This document shows, piece after piece, positions 7,434-16,626 of a DNA stretch of 34,709 bases (positions are counted from its first letter, which is position 1; each line of letters opens with the position of its first letter). Under the pieces are notes generated by a model that saw only the letters and a program-made list of their open reading frames with translations, was not told where the DNA came from and did no database searches. The stretch covers positions 1 through 34,709 of the forward strand of contig JAAYHI010000033.1 of the NCBI GenBank assembly GCA_012727415.1. Reading direction: 5' to 3'. The position numbers and the translations under genes were made by a program. Source of the stretch: Bacillota bacterium (GTDB lineage: Bacteria > Bacillota > Proteinivoracia > UBA4975).

Positions 7434-7467
7434 CTGCACTTGGAGAATTGATTGGAGGTAGATTTAC

Positions 7468-7626
7468 ATGAGGTGTCCCAAATGTAATTCCCGGGACACA
7501 GGCAAGGTCGCCACCAACCAGTACTATTGCTGGAATTGCTTTATACTCTTTAGTTTCGACAACAAGAAGCGCCCGTGCCTGTATGAAGTAAATACTGAAG
7601 GCACCTTGGTCGCCTTGGAACAATGA
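7468..7626 (+). CDS. Small zinc-ribbon protein (52 aa), not in the ORF track
   Basis: GGAGGT at 7454-7459 lies 8 nt before ATG 7468. The translation is MRCPKCNSRDTGKVATNQYYCWNCFILFSFDNKKRPCLYEVNTEGTLVALEQ* with CxxC...CxxC. The downstream gene's RBS follows immediately. Confidence 0.45.
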   Translation: MRCPKCNSRDTGKVATNQYYCWNCFILFSFDNKKRPCLYEVNTEGTLVALEQ

Positions 7627-7642
7627 CAGGAGGTATTGCCCA

Positions 7643-7837
7643 GTGCGTCGCGGCTATTGGACGGGATTCTTTACCGGCGGCCTGATAGGGATGCTGGCCG
7701 TCAAAGCCTTTGGAGATCAGTTGCTTGACTTGATGTATTCCAAATTGACTCAACATACCGGGGGGACTCCCTCGGGTGAAGAAGGGGAAGCAGTATACAG
7801 GCCCAGGCAACGCTACCGTTCCCGGCGGACCTGGTAG
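7643..7837 (+). CDS. Small membrane protein with Gly-zipper helix
   Basis: ACAGGAGGT at 7626-7634 precedes GTG 7643. There is one hydrophobic helix (GFFTGGLIGMLAV) and a basic C-terminus. A strong terminator follows. Confidence 0.45.
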   Translation: MRRGYWTGFFTGGLIGMLAVKAFGDQLLDLMYSKLTQHTGGTPSGEEGEAVYRPRQRYRSRRTW

Positions 7838-7850
7838 CGCACACAGGAGA

Positions 7851-7887
7851 AATTACTGGGCAGCCTCCGGGCTGCCCAGTAATTTTT
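7851..7887 (+). terminator. Rho-independent terminator
   Basis: A perfect 14-bp stem attactgggcagcc / ggctgcccagtaat with loop tccg, followed by a T-run (7882-7887). Confidence 0.75.
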
Positions 7888-7927
7888 TCCCGGTGGCGGC
7901 GATAAGCTTTTAGCAGGGGGGAAAAGC

Positions 7928-8977
7928 ATGCTGACGAAACTGCCTCAAAACTCTTTGCTAAAAAGGGCCTTGCAGATTGCCGGCCTCGTCCTTGTCCTGA
8001 TTGTCAGCTATCTATTGCGCCGCCAGTTATTGGCGGTATTGGGGCCGCTGCTTATTGCCATAACAATATCTTATATTCTCAATCCCCTGGTCCTCTGGCT
8101 GGAACAGCGGCGCTTAAGCCGTACAATGGCGGTAATCTTGATCTTTGCAGTTTTTTTTGGCATGGCCTTTATTTTCTTAGCCAGGGTATTGCCACTGTTT
8201 GCCGACGAAGCCAATAACCTGGTGCGCCGGTTGCCCCAGTATCTTGAGCAGGGGCAGGGGCTGCTGACTAAGTTTTACAGTGCTGCCCACCGTCTCAACC
8301 TCCCCTTGTCAATTATTCAAGCCCTGGAGAAGAGTTTGGATACACTGGAAGCCAGGATGTTGGCCGCCTTGGGAAGAATACCTGAAGTTACAATTAACGC
8401 TGCCAGGGGCCTGATTAGCTTTTTTCTGGTCTTGGTGCTCAGCTTCTATATTTTAAGGGATTTTGACATGCTAAAGGACAGCTTGTATTACATTATCCCC
8501 CGCAAGGGCAAGTCCCGAGCCCGCAAGATTCTCCATGAAGTGGACAGCAGCTTGGGCAGGTACTTGCGAGGGCAACTGTTTCTGGCCCTGGCAGTGGGGG
8601 TGCTCACATATATAAGCTTATTGGTGCTGGGAGTGGAGTTTTCTCTGCTGTGGGGTCTTTTTGCCGGGCTCACCAACACCATACCCTACTTCGGCCCCAT
8701 CCTTGGCGCCGTGCCGGCAGTGCTTATGGCCCTGTTGACTTCTTCGACCCTGGCTATAAAAACCGTCATTGTATTTGTCATCATCCAGCAGGTGGAAAGC
8801 AATTTCATCTCCCCCTATGTACTGGGCAAGACTTTGGATCTGCACCCGCTGGTGGTGCTGTTAGCCTTGCTGGCAGGGGGGCAGTTTTTTGGGTTTTGGG
8901 GCCTCATTGCCGCCGTCCCTGCGGCAGCCGTCGCCAGGATTGTTATACGCAACCTGGTCCTGCCTCCTTTAGAGTGA
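7928..8977 (+). CDS. AI-2E family transporter (PerM/UPF0118-like permease)
   Basis: The protein is a 349-aa polytopic membrane protein. It carries family-typical blocks LTNTIPYFGPILGAVPAVLMAL and IQQVESNFISPYVLGKTLDLHPLVVLLALLAGGQFFGFWGLIAAVP. Confidence 0.85.
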   Translation: MLTKLPQNSLLKRALQIAGLVLVLIVSYLLRRQLLAVLGPLLIAITISYILNPLVLWLEQRRLSRTMAVILIFAVFFGMAFIFLARVLPLFADEANNLVRRLPQYLEQGQGLLTKFYSAAHRLNLPLSIIQALEKSLDTLEARMLAALGRIPEVTINAARGLISFFLVLVLSFYILRDFDMLKDSLYYIIPRKGKSRARKILHEVDSSLGRYLRGQLFLALAVGVLTYISLLVLGVEFSLLWGLFAGLTNTIPYFGPILGAVPAVLMALLTSSTLAIKTVIVFVIIQQVESNFISPYVLGKTLDLHPLVVLLALLAGGQFFGFWGLIAAVPAAAVARIVIRNLVLPPLE

Positions 8978-9009
8978 AGAGGTTGTGGCGGGAAGCAATG
9001 TCCCGGCAG

Positions 9010-9038
9010 TTGACAGGCTGAGGGCAGATGGATATAAT
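9010..9038 (+). promoter_or_regulatory. Consensus sigma-A type promoter for the alaS leader
   Basis: TTGACA (9010-9015), an exact 17-nt spacer, then TATAAT (9033-9038). Confidence 0.6.
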
Positions 9039-9044
9039 TTGTGT

Positions 9045-9273
9045 ATCAATGGCAAAATACCCATGAAGGGGCAAGCTTGCTGCGGCGCCTTCCAGAGAGG
9101 AACCCCTGGCTGAAAGGTTCCGGCAAAGCTGCAGGCGGCCACCCCCGAGGTGGAGGCGAGGAGCCTCACGGCTGATCCCGTTACAGATCTGCTGAGTTGA
9201 TCGGCATTGTCCGGTAAACAAGGTGGTACCGCGGCTAAGCCCGTCCTTGTATTGGGGATGGGCATATTTTTTT
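9045..9273 (+). promoter_or_regulatory. T-box riboswitch leader (Ala-specific by context) with terminator/antiterminator
   Basis: The conserved T-box sequence aaGGTGGTACCGCGg lies at 9220-9234. An AGAGAG AG-bay-like motif lies at 9093-9098. Candidate GCU specifier triplets are at 9128-9130 and 9109-9111. The terminator hairpin gcccgtcc/ggatgggc plus a T-run lies at ~9238-9273, directly upstream of alaS. Confidence 0.8.
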
Positions 9274-9292
9274 ATTGAGGAAGGTGTAAGCA

Positions 9293-11911
9293 ATGAAGGG
9301 TAATGAAATACGCAGGCGTTTTTTACAGTTTTTTGAGGGCAAGGGTCACACCATTGTCGACAGCTTTAGTCTGGTTCCGGAAAATGATCCCAGCCTCCTT
9401 ATTATCGGGGCGGGAATGGCGCCGCTGAAACCGTTCTTTACCGGTGCCAAGACCCCTCCTAACCGGCGCATGGCCAGCAGTCAGAAGTGCGTGCGCACAG
9501 GAGATATTGAGATGGTGGGGCAGACTGCCAGGCACCATACTTTTTTCGAAATGCTGGGCAACTTTTCTTTCGGGGATTACTTTAAGAAAGAGGCAATTGC
9601 CTGGGCCTGGGAGTTTTTGTTGGAGGATTTGAAAATCGATGTCGATAAGCTCTGGGTTTCTGTATATGAAGAGGATCAGGAAGCCTGGGACATCTGGCAT
9701 CATACCATGGGAGTTCCTGCCGGGCGCATTGTCCGTCTGGGCAAAGAAGATAACTTTTGGGAAATCGGGGTGGGCCCCTGCGGTCCCTGTTCCGAGATTT
9801 ATGTCGACCTGGGCCCGGAATTTGGCTGCGGCAGTCCTGAGTGCAAACCTGGTTGCGACTGTGACCGCTATTTGGAGATTTGGAACTTGGTCTTTACCCA
9901 GTTTGATAAAGACGAAGAGGGCAATTACAACCCCCTGCCCCATCCCAATATTGACACCGGCATGGGGCTGGAGAGGCTGGCAGCAGTCCTCCAGGGGGTT
10001 CCCACCAATTACGACTGCGACCTGATTTTCCCCTTGATAGAGCATTTCGCAGATCTTGCAGGCGTAGAGTATGCAGATCAAAAATACACTCAATCCCTGC
10101 GGATTTTGGGCGACCATTTTCGGGCCGTGGCCTTCATGCTGGCCGACGGCATCCTTCCCAGCAATGAGGGCAGGGGCTATGTCCTCCGCCGCCTGCTGCG
10201 GCGGGCAGTGCGCCACGGCATTCTCTGTGGCATTGAAGGCCCCTTCCTGTATACAGCAGTTGAGCCGCTGCTGAAGATCTTCCCCGACATCTACCCGGAA
10301 CTGACTGCCAATACGCAGCACCTCATTGCCACCATTAAGGCTGAAGAGGAGCGGTTCCTGGCCACCATTCAATCGGGGATGGAATTGCTGAAATCTCTGT
10401 TGGCCAAGGTGGGGAAAGGGGGAGTCCTGAATGGCGAAGAGGCCTTCCGCCTGTATGATACCTTTGGCTTCCCCCTGGAGCTGACAGTGGAAATTGCCGG
10501 TGAGCAACAAGTGAAGGTTGACGAGGACGGTTTCCGCAAGGCCCTGGAGGGCCAGAGGGCCCAAGCCCGGGCAGCCCGGGAACAAGTCGATGCCATGTTG
10601 TTGGAGAGAACTTCCGACTTAGTGGCGGATTTGCCGGCGACTACTTTTACAGGTTACAGCACTTTTTCTGCCAGTGCCCGTGTCCTGGCTCTGCTGGATG
10701 GCAAGGAGCATCTGGACCAGGCGGAAGCTGGCCAGGAAATCCTCATTGTCCTGGACCAGACGCCCTTTTACCCCGAAGGCGGCGGCCAGGTGGGAGATGG
10801 CGGCATCATGCGCGGGGAAAGGGCTGTGGTGGAAATTGACACTGCCAGCAAGAGCGACGCTGTCATCCTGCATCGGGGAAGAGTCCTGGAGGGAGTTCTC
10901 CGGTCAGGAGACAATGTCACTGCGGAAGTGGACACCCGGCGCCGAGATATCGAGGCTAATCACACCGCCACCCATCTCCTTCACCATGCCCTGAGGAAAG
11001 TGTTGGGCGAACATGTGCGCCAGGCTGGTTCCCTGGTGGAGGCCGACAGGCTGCGCTTTGACTTTACTCATACTCAGCCTGTTACTTCCCAGGAGATTCA
11101 GCGCATAGAACAAGAGGTCAATGCCCTTATTGCCGCTGATTTGCCGGTGGAATGCAGGGAGATGAACATGGAAGACGCCCAGCGCCTGGGGGCAATTGCC
11201 CTCTTTGGCGAGAAATATGGGGCTACGGTGCGGGTGGTCTCGGTGGGGGATGTCAGTCGCGAACTGTGTGGCGGCACCCATGTGGCCACTACTTCCCGCA
11301 TTCGGGGCTTTAAGATCCTGTCCGAGTCCGGCATCGGCGCCGGGTTGCGCCGCATCGAGGCGGTAACCGGCAATGGCTTGCTGCGATATTTCTTTGCCCT
11401 GGAGGATACTCTGGAAGGGGCTGCGCGGGCAGCCAAGGCACGCCGGGAAAACCTGGTCTCCCGCATTGAAGAGCTGCAGCAGGAGTTGAGGGAGCAGAAG
11501 CAGAAGGCGGAAAAACTGGAAACAAAAATCTTGGCCCTTGAAAGCGACAATTTGCTGGCGGCCGCTGAAGATGTGGCGGGAATCAAGGTTGTATCCGGCC
11601 AGGTGCCCGCTTTGGATATGGCAGCCCTGCGCAATAATTCCGAGCTTATTTTGGGCAGGCTGGGCAGTGGTGTCGTCGTCCTGGGGGCAATAGTCGGCGA
11701 CAAGGTCAACTTGGTGGCCACGGTGAGCAAGGACTTGGTGGCCAAGGGTATCCACGCCGGCAAGATCATCGGGGAAGTTGCCCGGGTTGCCGGTGGCGGC
11801 GGCGGTGGCCGCCCCGATATGGCCCAGGCCGGGGGCAAGGATCCCTCGCGGCTTAAGGAGGCCCTGGCCCTGGTTGCCGGCCTGGTTGCCAACCAGGCAG
11901 AGGGTAAGTGA
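9293..11911 (+). CDS. alaS: Alanine--tRNA ligase
   Basis: 872 aa. It has the classic N-terminus MKGNEIRRRFLQFFEGKGH, the class II catalytic core, the editing domain HxxxH/CxxxH motifs (ANHTATHLLHHAL; CGGTHV) and a C-terminal DHHA1-like domain ending in GGGGGGRPDMAQAGG. Confidence 0.97.
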   Translation: MKGNEIRRRFLQFFEGKGHTIVDSFSLVPENDPSLLIIGAGMAPLKPFFTGAKTPPNRRMASSQKCVRTGDIEMVGQTARHHTFFEMLGNFSFGDYFKKEAIAWAWEFLLEDLKIDVDKLWVSVYEEDQEAWDIWHHTMGVPAGRIVRLGKEDNFWEIGVGPCGPCSEIYVDLGPEFGCGSPECKPGCDCDRYLEIWNLVFTQFDKDEEGNYNPLPHPNIDTGMGLERLAAVLQGVPTNYDCDLIFPLIEHFADLAGVEYADQKYTQSLRILGDHFRAVAFMLADGILPSNEGRGYVLRRLLRRAVRHGILCGIEGPFLYTAVEPLLKIFPDIYPELTANTQHLIATIKAEEERFLATIQSGMELLKSLLAKVGKGGVLNGEEAFRLYDTFGFPLELTVEIAGEQQVKVDEDGFRKALEGQRAQARAAREQVDAMLLERTSDLVADLPATTFTGYSTFSASARVLALLDGKEHLDQAEAGQEILIVLDQTPFYPEGGGQVGDGGIMRGERAVVEIDTASKSDAVILHRGRVLEGVLRSGDNVTAEVDTRRRDIEANHTATHLLHHALRKVLGEHVRQAGSLVEADRLRFDFTHTQPVTSQEIQRIEQEVNALIAADLPVECREMNMEDAQRLGAIALFGEKYGATVRVVSVGDVSRELCGGTHVATTSRIRGFKILSESGIGAGLRRIEAVTGNGLLRYFFALEDTLEGAARAAKARRENLVSRIEELQQELREQKQKAEKLETKILALESDNLLAAAEDVAGIKVVSGQVPALDMAALRNNSELILGRLGSGVVVLGAIVGDKVNLVATVSKDLVAKGIHAGKIIGEVARVAGGGGGGRPDMAQAGGKDPSRLKEALALVAGLVANQAEGK

Positions 11912-11990
11912 ATACAATAATTTCAAGGGGGAAGTAATATTATGCAGGAGTTAATGGCAGTTTGGCGAATATATCCTTTAGACTTAGGGG

Positions 11991-12260
11991 GTGGATATTT
12001 TGAGTAAGCAAACTCAAGATACTGTCAGCTTTCAAAAGAGCACCGATGAAGCCAACGAAACGAAGAAAATTTTGCTGGAAGTAGCAGAAGCTTTGGCAGA
12101 GAAGGGCTACAATCCAATTAATCAGATTGTCGGCTACCTTATCTCTGCCGACCCCGCATACATTACCAGCCACAACAACGCCCGCAACCTCATCCGCAAA
12201 CTGGAACGGGACGATATTCTGGATGAGTTAGTATCCTCCTACTTGAAAGGAAATAACTAA
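11991..12260 (+). CDS. UPF0297 / IreB-family small regulatory protein (YrzL-like)
   Basis: [59 protein letters not shown] is the family signature. The gene sits in the conserved position between alaS and ruvX. TTG 12000 is a better-spaced alternative start. Confidence 0.85.
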   Translation: MDILSKQTQDTVSFQKSTDEANETKKILLEVAEALAEKGYNPINQIVGYLISADPAYITSHNNARNLIRKLERDDILDELVSSYLKGNN

Positions 12261-13205
12261 TTGTTTCCGGAATTGACAAAGCTGGGTCCATTGGCTGTCA
12301 GCCCATTGGGATTCGGCACCTTGTCTATCAGCCCCCTTCAATCTTCCCTTGCGGCAGAACAGGGGGCTGAACTCTTGTGTTACGCCTGGGATAAAGGGAT
12401 TAATTTTTGGGACACTGCCGAAATCTATGAGAATTATCCTGTTTTGCGGGCTGCCGTTAGGCGCTTGCAGGGTTTGCCGGTAATTGCCTCCAAGACCTAT
12501 GCTTATACGGCGGAGCAGGCTGCGGCGGCGGTGGACAAGGCGCGCAGGGAATTAGGAATAGATTGCCTGGATATTATGCTCCTGCACGAGCAGACTGCCC
12601 AGACCCTGCCGGGGCACAGGGAAGCCCTGGACTGGCTGGCAACTGCCCGGGAAAAGGGAGTAATCCGGGCTGTTGGTGTATCCACCCACAGCGTGGCCTG
12701 TGTGTTGGCTGCCGCCGACTATCCTGAAATCGATGTCATTCACCCCCTCTATAATATGGAGGGAGTAGGCATCCACGACGGCAGCTGCGAAGATATGGCC
12801 ACCGCCATTGCTGCTGCCAAAGCTAAGGGCAAGGGCATATATGCCATGAAGGTGCTGGGTGGCGGCACCCTTTACCGTCACGCCCAAGCTGCAATTAACC
12901 ATGTTCGCAGTCAGCCCTGGTTTGACTGCGCCGTAATAGGCATGTCCACCACCGCCGAAATTGACTGTAATGTGGCCCTTTTCCAGGGCCATGCCCCTGA
13001 TGCCCGCACTTTGCTCCAGGTGCAGGGCCGGCGCAGGTTTCTGCACAGGGCTGACTGGTGTCAGGGTTGCGGCAACTGTGTCCAAGCCTGTGGCCAGGGG
13101 GCCCTGGGCCTGGAGCAGGGGCAGGTCCAGGTGCGTCATGAGCTGTGTGTCCTGTGCGGCTATTGCAGCCGCCACTGTGAGCTCATGTGCCTGAAAATAA
13201 TTTAA
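12261..13205 (+). CDS. Aldo/keto reductase fused to a C-terminal 2x[4Fe-4S] ferredoxin-like domain
   Basis: The AKR-like N-terminus reads LGFGTL...GINFWDTAEIY...IDCLDIMLLHE. The C-terminus carries two Cys clusters, CQGCGNCVQAC and CVLCGYCSRHC. The start is TTG directly after the preceding stop. Confidence 0.75.
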   Translation: MFPELTKLGPLAVSPLGFGTLSISPLQSSLAAEQGAELLCYAWDKGINFWDTAEIYENYPVLRAAVRRLQGLPVIASKTYAYTAEQAAAAVDKARRELGIDCLDIMLLHEQTAQTLPGHREALDWLATAREKGVIRAVGVSTHSVACVLAAADYPEIDVIHPLYNMEGVGIHDGSCEDMATAIAAAKAKGKGIYAMKVLGGGTLYRHAQAAINHVRSQPWFDCAVIGMSTTAEIDCNVALFQGHAPDARTLLQVQGRRRFLHRADWCQGCGNCVQACGQGALGLEQGQVQVRHELCVLCGYCSRHCELMCLKII

Positions 13206-13232
13206 GGGAGGGGCCGTAAAGTAGAACGCATT

Positions 13233-13637
13233 ATGGCTTTGGATGTCGGCGACAAGCGCATCGGCGTTGCCATCTCCGATCCCTTGCAGTTAACTGCCCA
13301 GGGTCTGTTGGTCCTGGACAACTCCCCGGAAGTGTTTGCCGAAATTGCTGGCCTGTGCCGGGAATATGCTGTGGGCAAGATTGTCGTCGGACTGCCTAAG
13401 AATATGAACAACACCCTTGGGCCCCGGGCCCAGCAAACACTTAAATTTTCCGAGCAATTGGCCGATGCCACAGGCCTGCCCGTTGTAATGGAAGACGAAC
13501 GCCTGACCACCGTCGCTGCAAATCGGGCGATGCTGGAGGCAGACATTAGCCGCCGCAAGCGCCGCAAGGCAATTGATAAAATGGCAGCGGTGCTTATTCT
13601 GCAAAATTATTTAGCCAGAGGTGAAAAAAATGACTGA
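13233..13637 (+). CDS. ruvX: Holliday junction resolvase-like nuclease RuvX (YqgF family)
   Basis: MALDVGDKRIGVAISDP..., GKIVVGLPKNMNNTLGPRAQ and DERLTTVAA are YqgF hallmarks. Confidence 0.9.
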   Translation: MALDVGDKRIGVAISDPLQLTAQGLLVLDNSPEVFAEIAGLCREYAVGKIVVGLPKNMNNTLGPRAQQTLKFSEQLADATGLPVVMEDERLTTVAANRAMLEADISRRKRRKAIDKMAAVLILQNYLARGEKND

Positions 13638-13878
13638 TGACAGTGACCTCATTCACCTGTATAATGAAGAAGATAATCAGGTGCTTCAATTCATTGAATA
13701 TAAAAGGCTGGCGGTAAAAGGAAGGATTTACGCCCTGTTGCAGCCGGAAGATGATCTCGAGCAGTTGGTAGCCTTTCGCGTGGAAGAAGCCGAAGACGGG
13801 GAAGACGTATATATTTATGTCGTTGACTCTGATGAACTCGATGCTGTAGATGAGGCCTGGAAAAAACTTCACTCCTGA
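13630..13878 (+). CDS. DUF1292 (UPF0473, YrzB-like) protein
   Basis: The protein is acidic and small, with ...IHLYNEEDNQVLQFIEYKRLAVKGRIYALLQPEDD...VAFRVEE... It sits in the conserved position after ruvX. ATG 13630 has AGAGG 8 nt upstream; the ORF-track start is GTG 13621. Confidence 0.8.
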   Translation: MTDDSDLIHLYNEEDNQVLQFIEYKRLAVKGRIYALLQPEDDLEQLVAFRVEEAEDGEDVYIYVVDSDELDAVDEAWKKLHS

Positions 13879-13892
13879 CTGGGGGAATTGGA

Positions 13893-14981
13893 TTGGAAAG
13901 AACTGACAAGGTCCCCGCTAAAAAGCGGCCTGTTTTAAAAGCATTTCTAATCATCGTTCTTATACTTATTATCGGTGCCGCCGGTGCCGGCTGGTATGGC
14001 TGGAACTGGCTGCAAAGCCAGCTTGAACCTGTAGGGGATTCCGACCACCCCATACTGGTGACTATTCCTAAGGGCACCTCCAGCACCGGTGCCGGCAACA
14101 TCCTCTACGAAGCCGGGTTAATCCGCAACAGCACAGTCTTCCGCCTGTGGATGCGGTACCATGAACTGGACGGCAAGATTCAGGCAGGGGATTATATTTT
14201 AAGCAATAACCTTAGCCTCAGGGAAATAGTGGACAAGTTGGTGAAGGGTGATGTGCACCGGGAAACCTTGCGTTTTACCATTCCCGAAGGATTGTTCCTG
14301 GAGGACATTGCTTCCCGCCTGGCTGACAGCGGCATTGTCGATGAGCAGAGATTCCTGGAATTGGCTGCAGACCTAAGTCTGTGGCAGGACTACTGGTTTA
14401 TCCGGGAACTGCCAGCGGGATTGGATGTTCCCCTTGAAGGCTATCTGTTTCCCAATACCTATGAGATTTGGGCTTCGGCAGAAAACAAGGAAGAGCTGGT
14501 TATTGCCATCATGCTTCGCCAGTTCGACCGGGTATTTACCGAGGAAATGCGGGCAGAAGCTAAGGACTTGGGCATGAGCGTCCATGAAGTAGTAACCCTT
14601 GCTTCTATTGTCGAAAAAGAAGCGGTGTCGGGCAAGGAGAGGCCCCTCATTGCCGGCGTGTTTTACAACCGCCTGAAGAAGAAAATGCCTCTGCAATCCT
14701 GCGCCACAGTAAATTACATTCTCAAGGATTTCTCCATCCGGGACATTTCCCCGTACAAAGACAATCCCTCTCGATATAATACCTACAAATATGGCGGTTT
14801 GCCGCCGGGGCCCATTGCTGCCCCGGGAAAGGCTGCCTTGGAAGCAGCCCTGCGGCCTGAAGCCTCAGACTATCTGTACTTTGTCGCCAAGGACGACGGC
14901 AGCGGTGAACATTATTTTGCCAAAACCTACGCCGAGCATATTAAAAATGCCAGAAAGGCTAAAGAGAACAGAAAACACTGA
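13893..14981 (+). CDS. mltG: Endolytic murein transglycosylase MltG (YceG-like)
   Basis: It has an N-terminal TM helix, the block [19 protein letters not shown] with the catalytic Glu context, and [18 protein letters not shown]...[23 protein letters not shown]. Confidence 0.9.
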   Translation: MERTDKVPAKKRPVLKAFLIIVLILIIGAAGAGWYGWNWLQSQLEPVGDSDHPILVTIPKGTSSTGAGNILYEAGLIRNSTVFRLWMRYHELDGKIQAGDYILSNNLSLREIVDKLVKGDVHRETLRFTIPEGLFLEDIASRLADSGIVDEQRFLELAADLSLWQDYWFIRELPAGLDVPLEGYLFPNTYEIWASAENKEELVIAIMLRQFDRVFTEEMRAEAKDLGMSVHEVVTLASIVEKEAVSGKERPLIAGVFYNRLKKKMPLQSCATVNYILKDFSIRDISPYKDNPSRYNTYKYGGLPPGPIAAPGKAALEAALRPEASDYLYFVAKDDGSGEHYFAKTYAEHIKNARKAKENRKH

Positions 14982-14997
14982 CAAGGAGGTTGGACCA

Positions 14998-15615
14998 ATG
15001 AATGCCAAACCGCTGATCATTGGTCTTGCCGGAGGCACCGGCTCGGGCAAGACTTCTGTCACCCGGGCCATTGTCAATGCGCTGCCCCCGGACAGCGTTG
15101 CTGTCCTGGAGCACGACAGCTACTACAAGGACCAAAGTCATCTTAGCTTTGAGGAGAGACTGAAGACAAATTATGACCACCCCTTTGCCTTCGACACCCC
15201 ACTTCTCATTGAGCACCTGGAAAAGCTGCAGCGGGGGATGGCTATTGAAAAGCCCGTTTATTCCTTCGTGGAGCACACCCGCCTGCCCGAAACTCAGCTC
15301 GTTCCCAGCAGGCCTGTTGTAATTCTCGAGGGCATTCTCATTCTCGAAGATGAGCGCATTCGGGATTTGTTAGATATTAAGGTTTATGTCGATACCGACG
15401 CCGATGTCCGCATCATCCGCAGAATTCTCCGGGACATTAAAGAGCGGGGAAGGACCCTGGAATCTGTCGTCGACCAATACCTTAACGTCGTCCGGCCAAT
15501 GCATTTGCGCTTTGTTGAACCCACTAAGCGCTATGCAGATATCATCATTCCCGAAGGAGCCGAAAACACTGTAGCCATAGACCTCTTAGTCTCCAAAATC
15601 CTTCACGAAGCCTAG
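14998..15615 (+). CDS. udk: Uridine kinase
   Basis: AAGGAGG at 14983-14989 precedes ATG 14998. The translation is [21 protein letters not shown] (P-loop), ...DSYYKD..., NYDHPFAFD, ...ILEGILIL.... The ORF-track start at 14791 overlaps mltG and is rejected. Confidence 0.92.
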   Translation: MNAKPLIIGLAGGTGSGKTSVTRAIVNALPPDSVAVLEHDSYYKDQSHLSFEERLKTNYDHPFAFDTPLLIEHLEKLQRGMAIEKPVYSFVEHTRLPETQLVPSRPVVILEGILILEDERIRDLLDIKVYVDTDADVRIIRRILRDIKERGRTLESVVDQYLNVVRPMHLRFVEPTKRYADIIIPEGAENTVAIDLLVSKILHEA

Positions 15616-15671
15616 GAAGCACGGGGACGGTTCTCCTGCTTCTAGGAAGCACGGGGACGGTTCTCCTGCTT
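15612..15671. repeat. Two exact tandem copies of a 30-bp REP-like hairpin unit (left flank of the RAYT gene)
   Basis: ctaggaagcacggggacggttctcctgctt is present at 15612-15641 and again at 15642-15671. Each unit contains the stem ggaagca/tgcttc(c). The first copy overlaps the udk stop codon. Confidence 0.8.
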
Positions 15672-15827
15672 CCAACCACGATAGAACCAATCCATAGTCC
15701 GGTAACCCCCCTGGCGGGGTTTTTCTATTTCGACACAATTCGACAGCGCGGCGTTGCCAGTTGTGATACACTGGAGCAAACCTGCTTCTGAGCCAGTCTG
15801 TTAAGTCAGAAGGAAAGGGATGAGAGT

Positions 15828-16607
15828 ATGCCTCGCCAAGCCCGTGTTATAAGTGAGTCGGGGATATACCATATTATGTTGCGGGGTGCAAACAAACAAG
15901 AAATATTTCATGATGATGAAGATAGGTACAGGTTTTTACACACCCTTGTGCGCTACAAAAAAGAAATCGAGTTGAGTGTGTTTGGCTGGTGTCTAATGGG
16001 AAACCATGTTCATATGCTGCTGAAAGAAGGTAAGGAGTCGATTTCTGACACCATGAGGCGCATAGGTGTCAGTTATGTTCTCTTCTATAATGATAAGTAC
16101 TTAACATCGGGGCATCTGTTCGAAGGAAGGTTCAGGAGTGAGCCTGTCAACTCCGAAGCCTATTTAAAGACTGTAGTCAGATACATTCATCAAAATCCTG
16201 TGAAGGCGGGATTAGTTAATAGAGTTGAAGAGTGGAAATGGAGCAGTTGTCGCGGATACTATCGGTTAGAAAGAATGCCAGCGGGACTGTTGGACCCGGA
16301 ATTTGTCCTGAGCTTCTTTGACGAAGATATTCACACTGCTGTAGCCTGTTTCAAGGAATTTAATGAAATGAGCAATGCAGATAAATGTATAGACATTGAC
16401 GATAACAGAAGAGTTCGCATATCTGATGAGAAAGCGCGAGAGCTGATTATTGCCATACTAGGTGATGTCACCATTGGACAGGTAAAAAGTTTACCTAAAC
16501 CTGCCCGGGATGAAATACTTCGCAGGGCCAAGGAAATTGACGGCATTTCGCAGCGCCAGTTGGCAAGGATATTGGGGATTTCGCCAAATATCATTTTCAA
16601 GGCATAG
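15828..16607 (+). CDS. REP-associated tyrosine transposase (RAYT; IS200/IS605 Y1 HUH family) with C-terminal HTH extension
   Basis: The HUH motif is in GNHVHMLL and the catalytic Tyr context is VVRYIHQNPVKAGLV, with GHLFEGRFRSEPV between them. The C-terminal ~70 aa (ARDEILRRAKEIDGISQRQLARILGISPN) look like a DnaA-C-like HTH. The gene is flanked by inverted REP-like repeats. Confidence 0.85.
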   Translation: MPRQARVISESGIYHIMLRGANKQEIFHDDEDRYRFLHTLVRYKKEIELSVFGWCLMGNHVHMLLKEGKESISDTMRRIGVSYVLFYNDKYLTSGHLFEGRFRSEPVNSEAYLKTVVRYIHQNPVKAGLVNRVEEWKWSSCRGYYRLERMPAGLLDPEFVLSFFDEDIHTAVACFKEFNEMSNADKCIDIDDNRRVRISDEKARELIIAILGDVTIGQVKSLPKPARDEILRRAKEIDGISQRQLARILGISPNIIFKA

Positions 16608-16626
16608 AGGGATTGGGTTGGAAAAA

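Noticed and set aside
9323-11926. Very long minus-strand ORFs (9323-10585, 10904-11926, 11098-11892) antisense to alaS
   Set aside because: They lie entirely inside the confidently identified alaS gene. Their translations are low-complexity (Pro/Gly/Ala/Arg-rich) with no recognisable motifs. This is the typical open antisense frame of a GC-rich gene.
14791-14997. Upstream extension of udk (ORF-track start 14791)
   Set aside because: It overlaps the 3' end of mltG in another frame. ATG 14998 has a perfect AAGGAGG RBS and gives the canonical uridine kinase N-terminus with the P-loop at residues ~10-17.
15612-15671. Possible CRISPR array (30-bp direct repeats)
   Set aside because: There are only two abutting copies with no spacer between them and no cas genes. 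Related copies in inverted orientation flank a RAYT gene, so these are REP-like elements.
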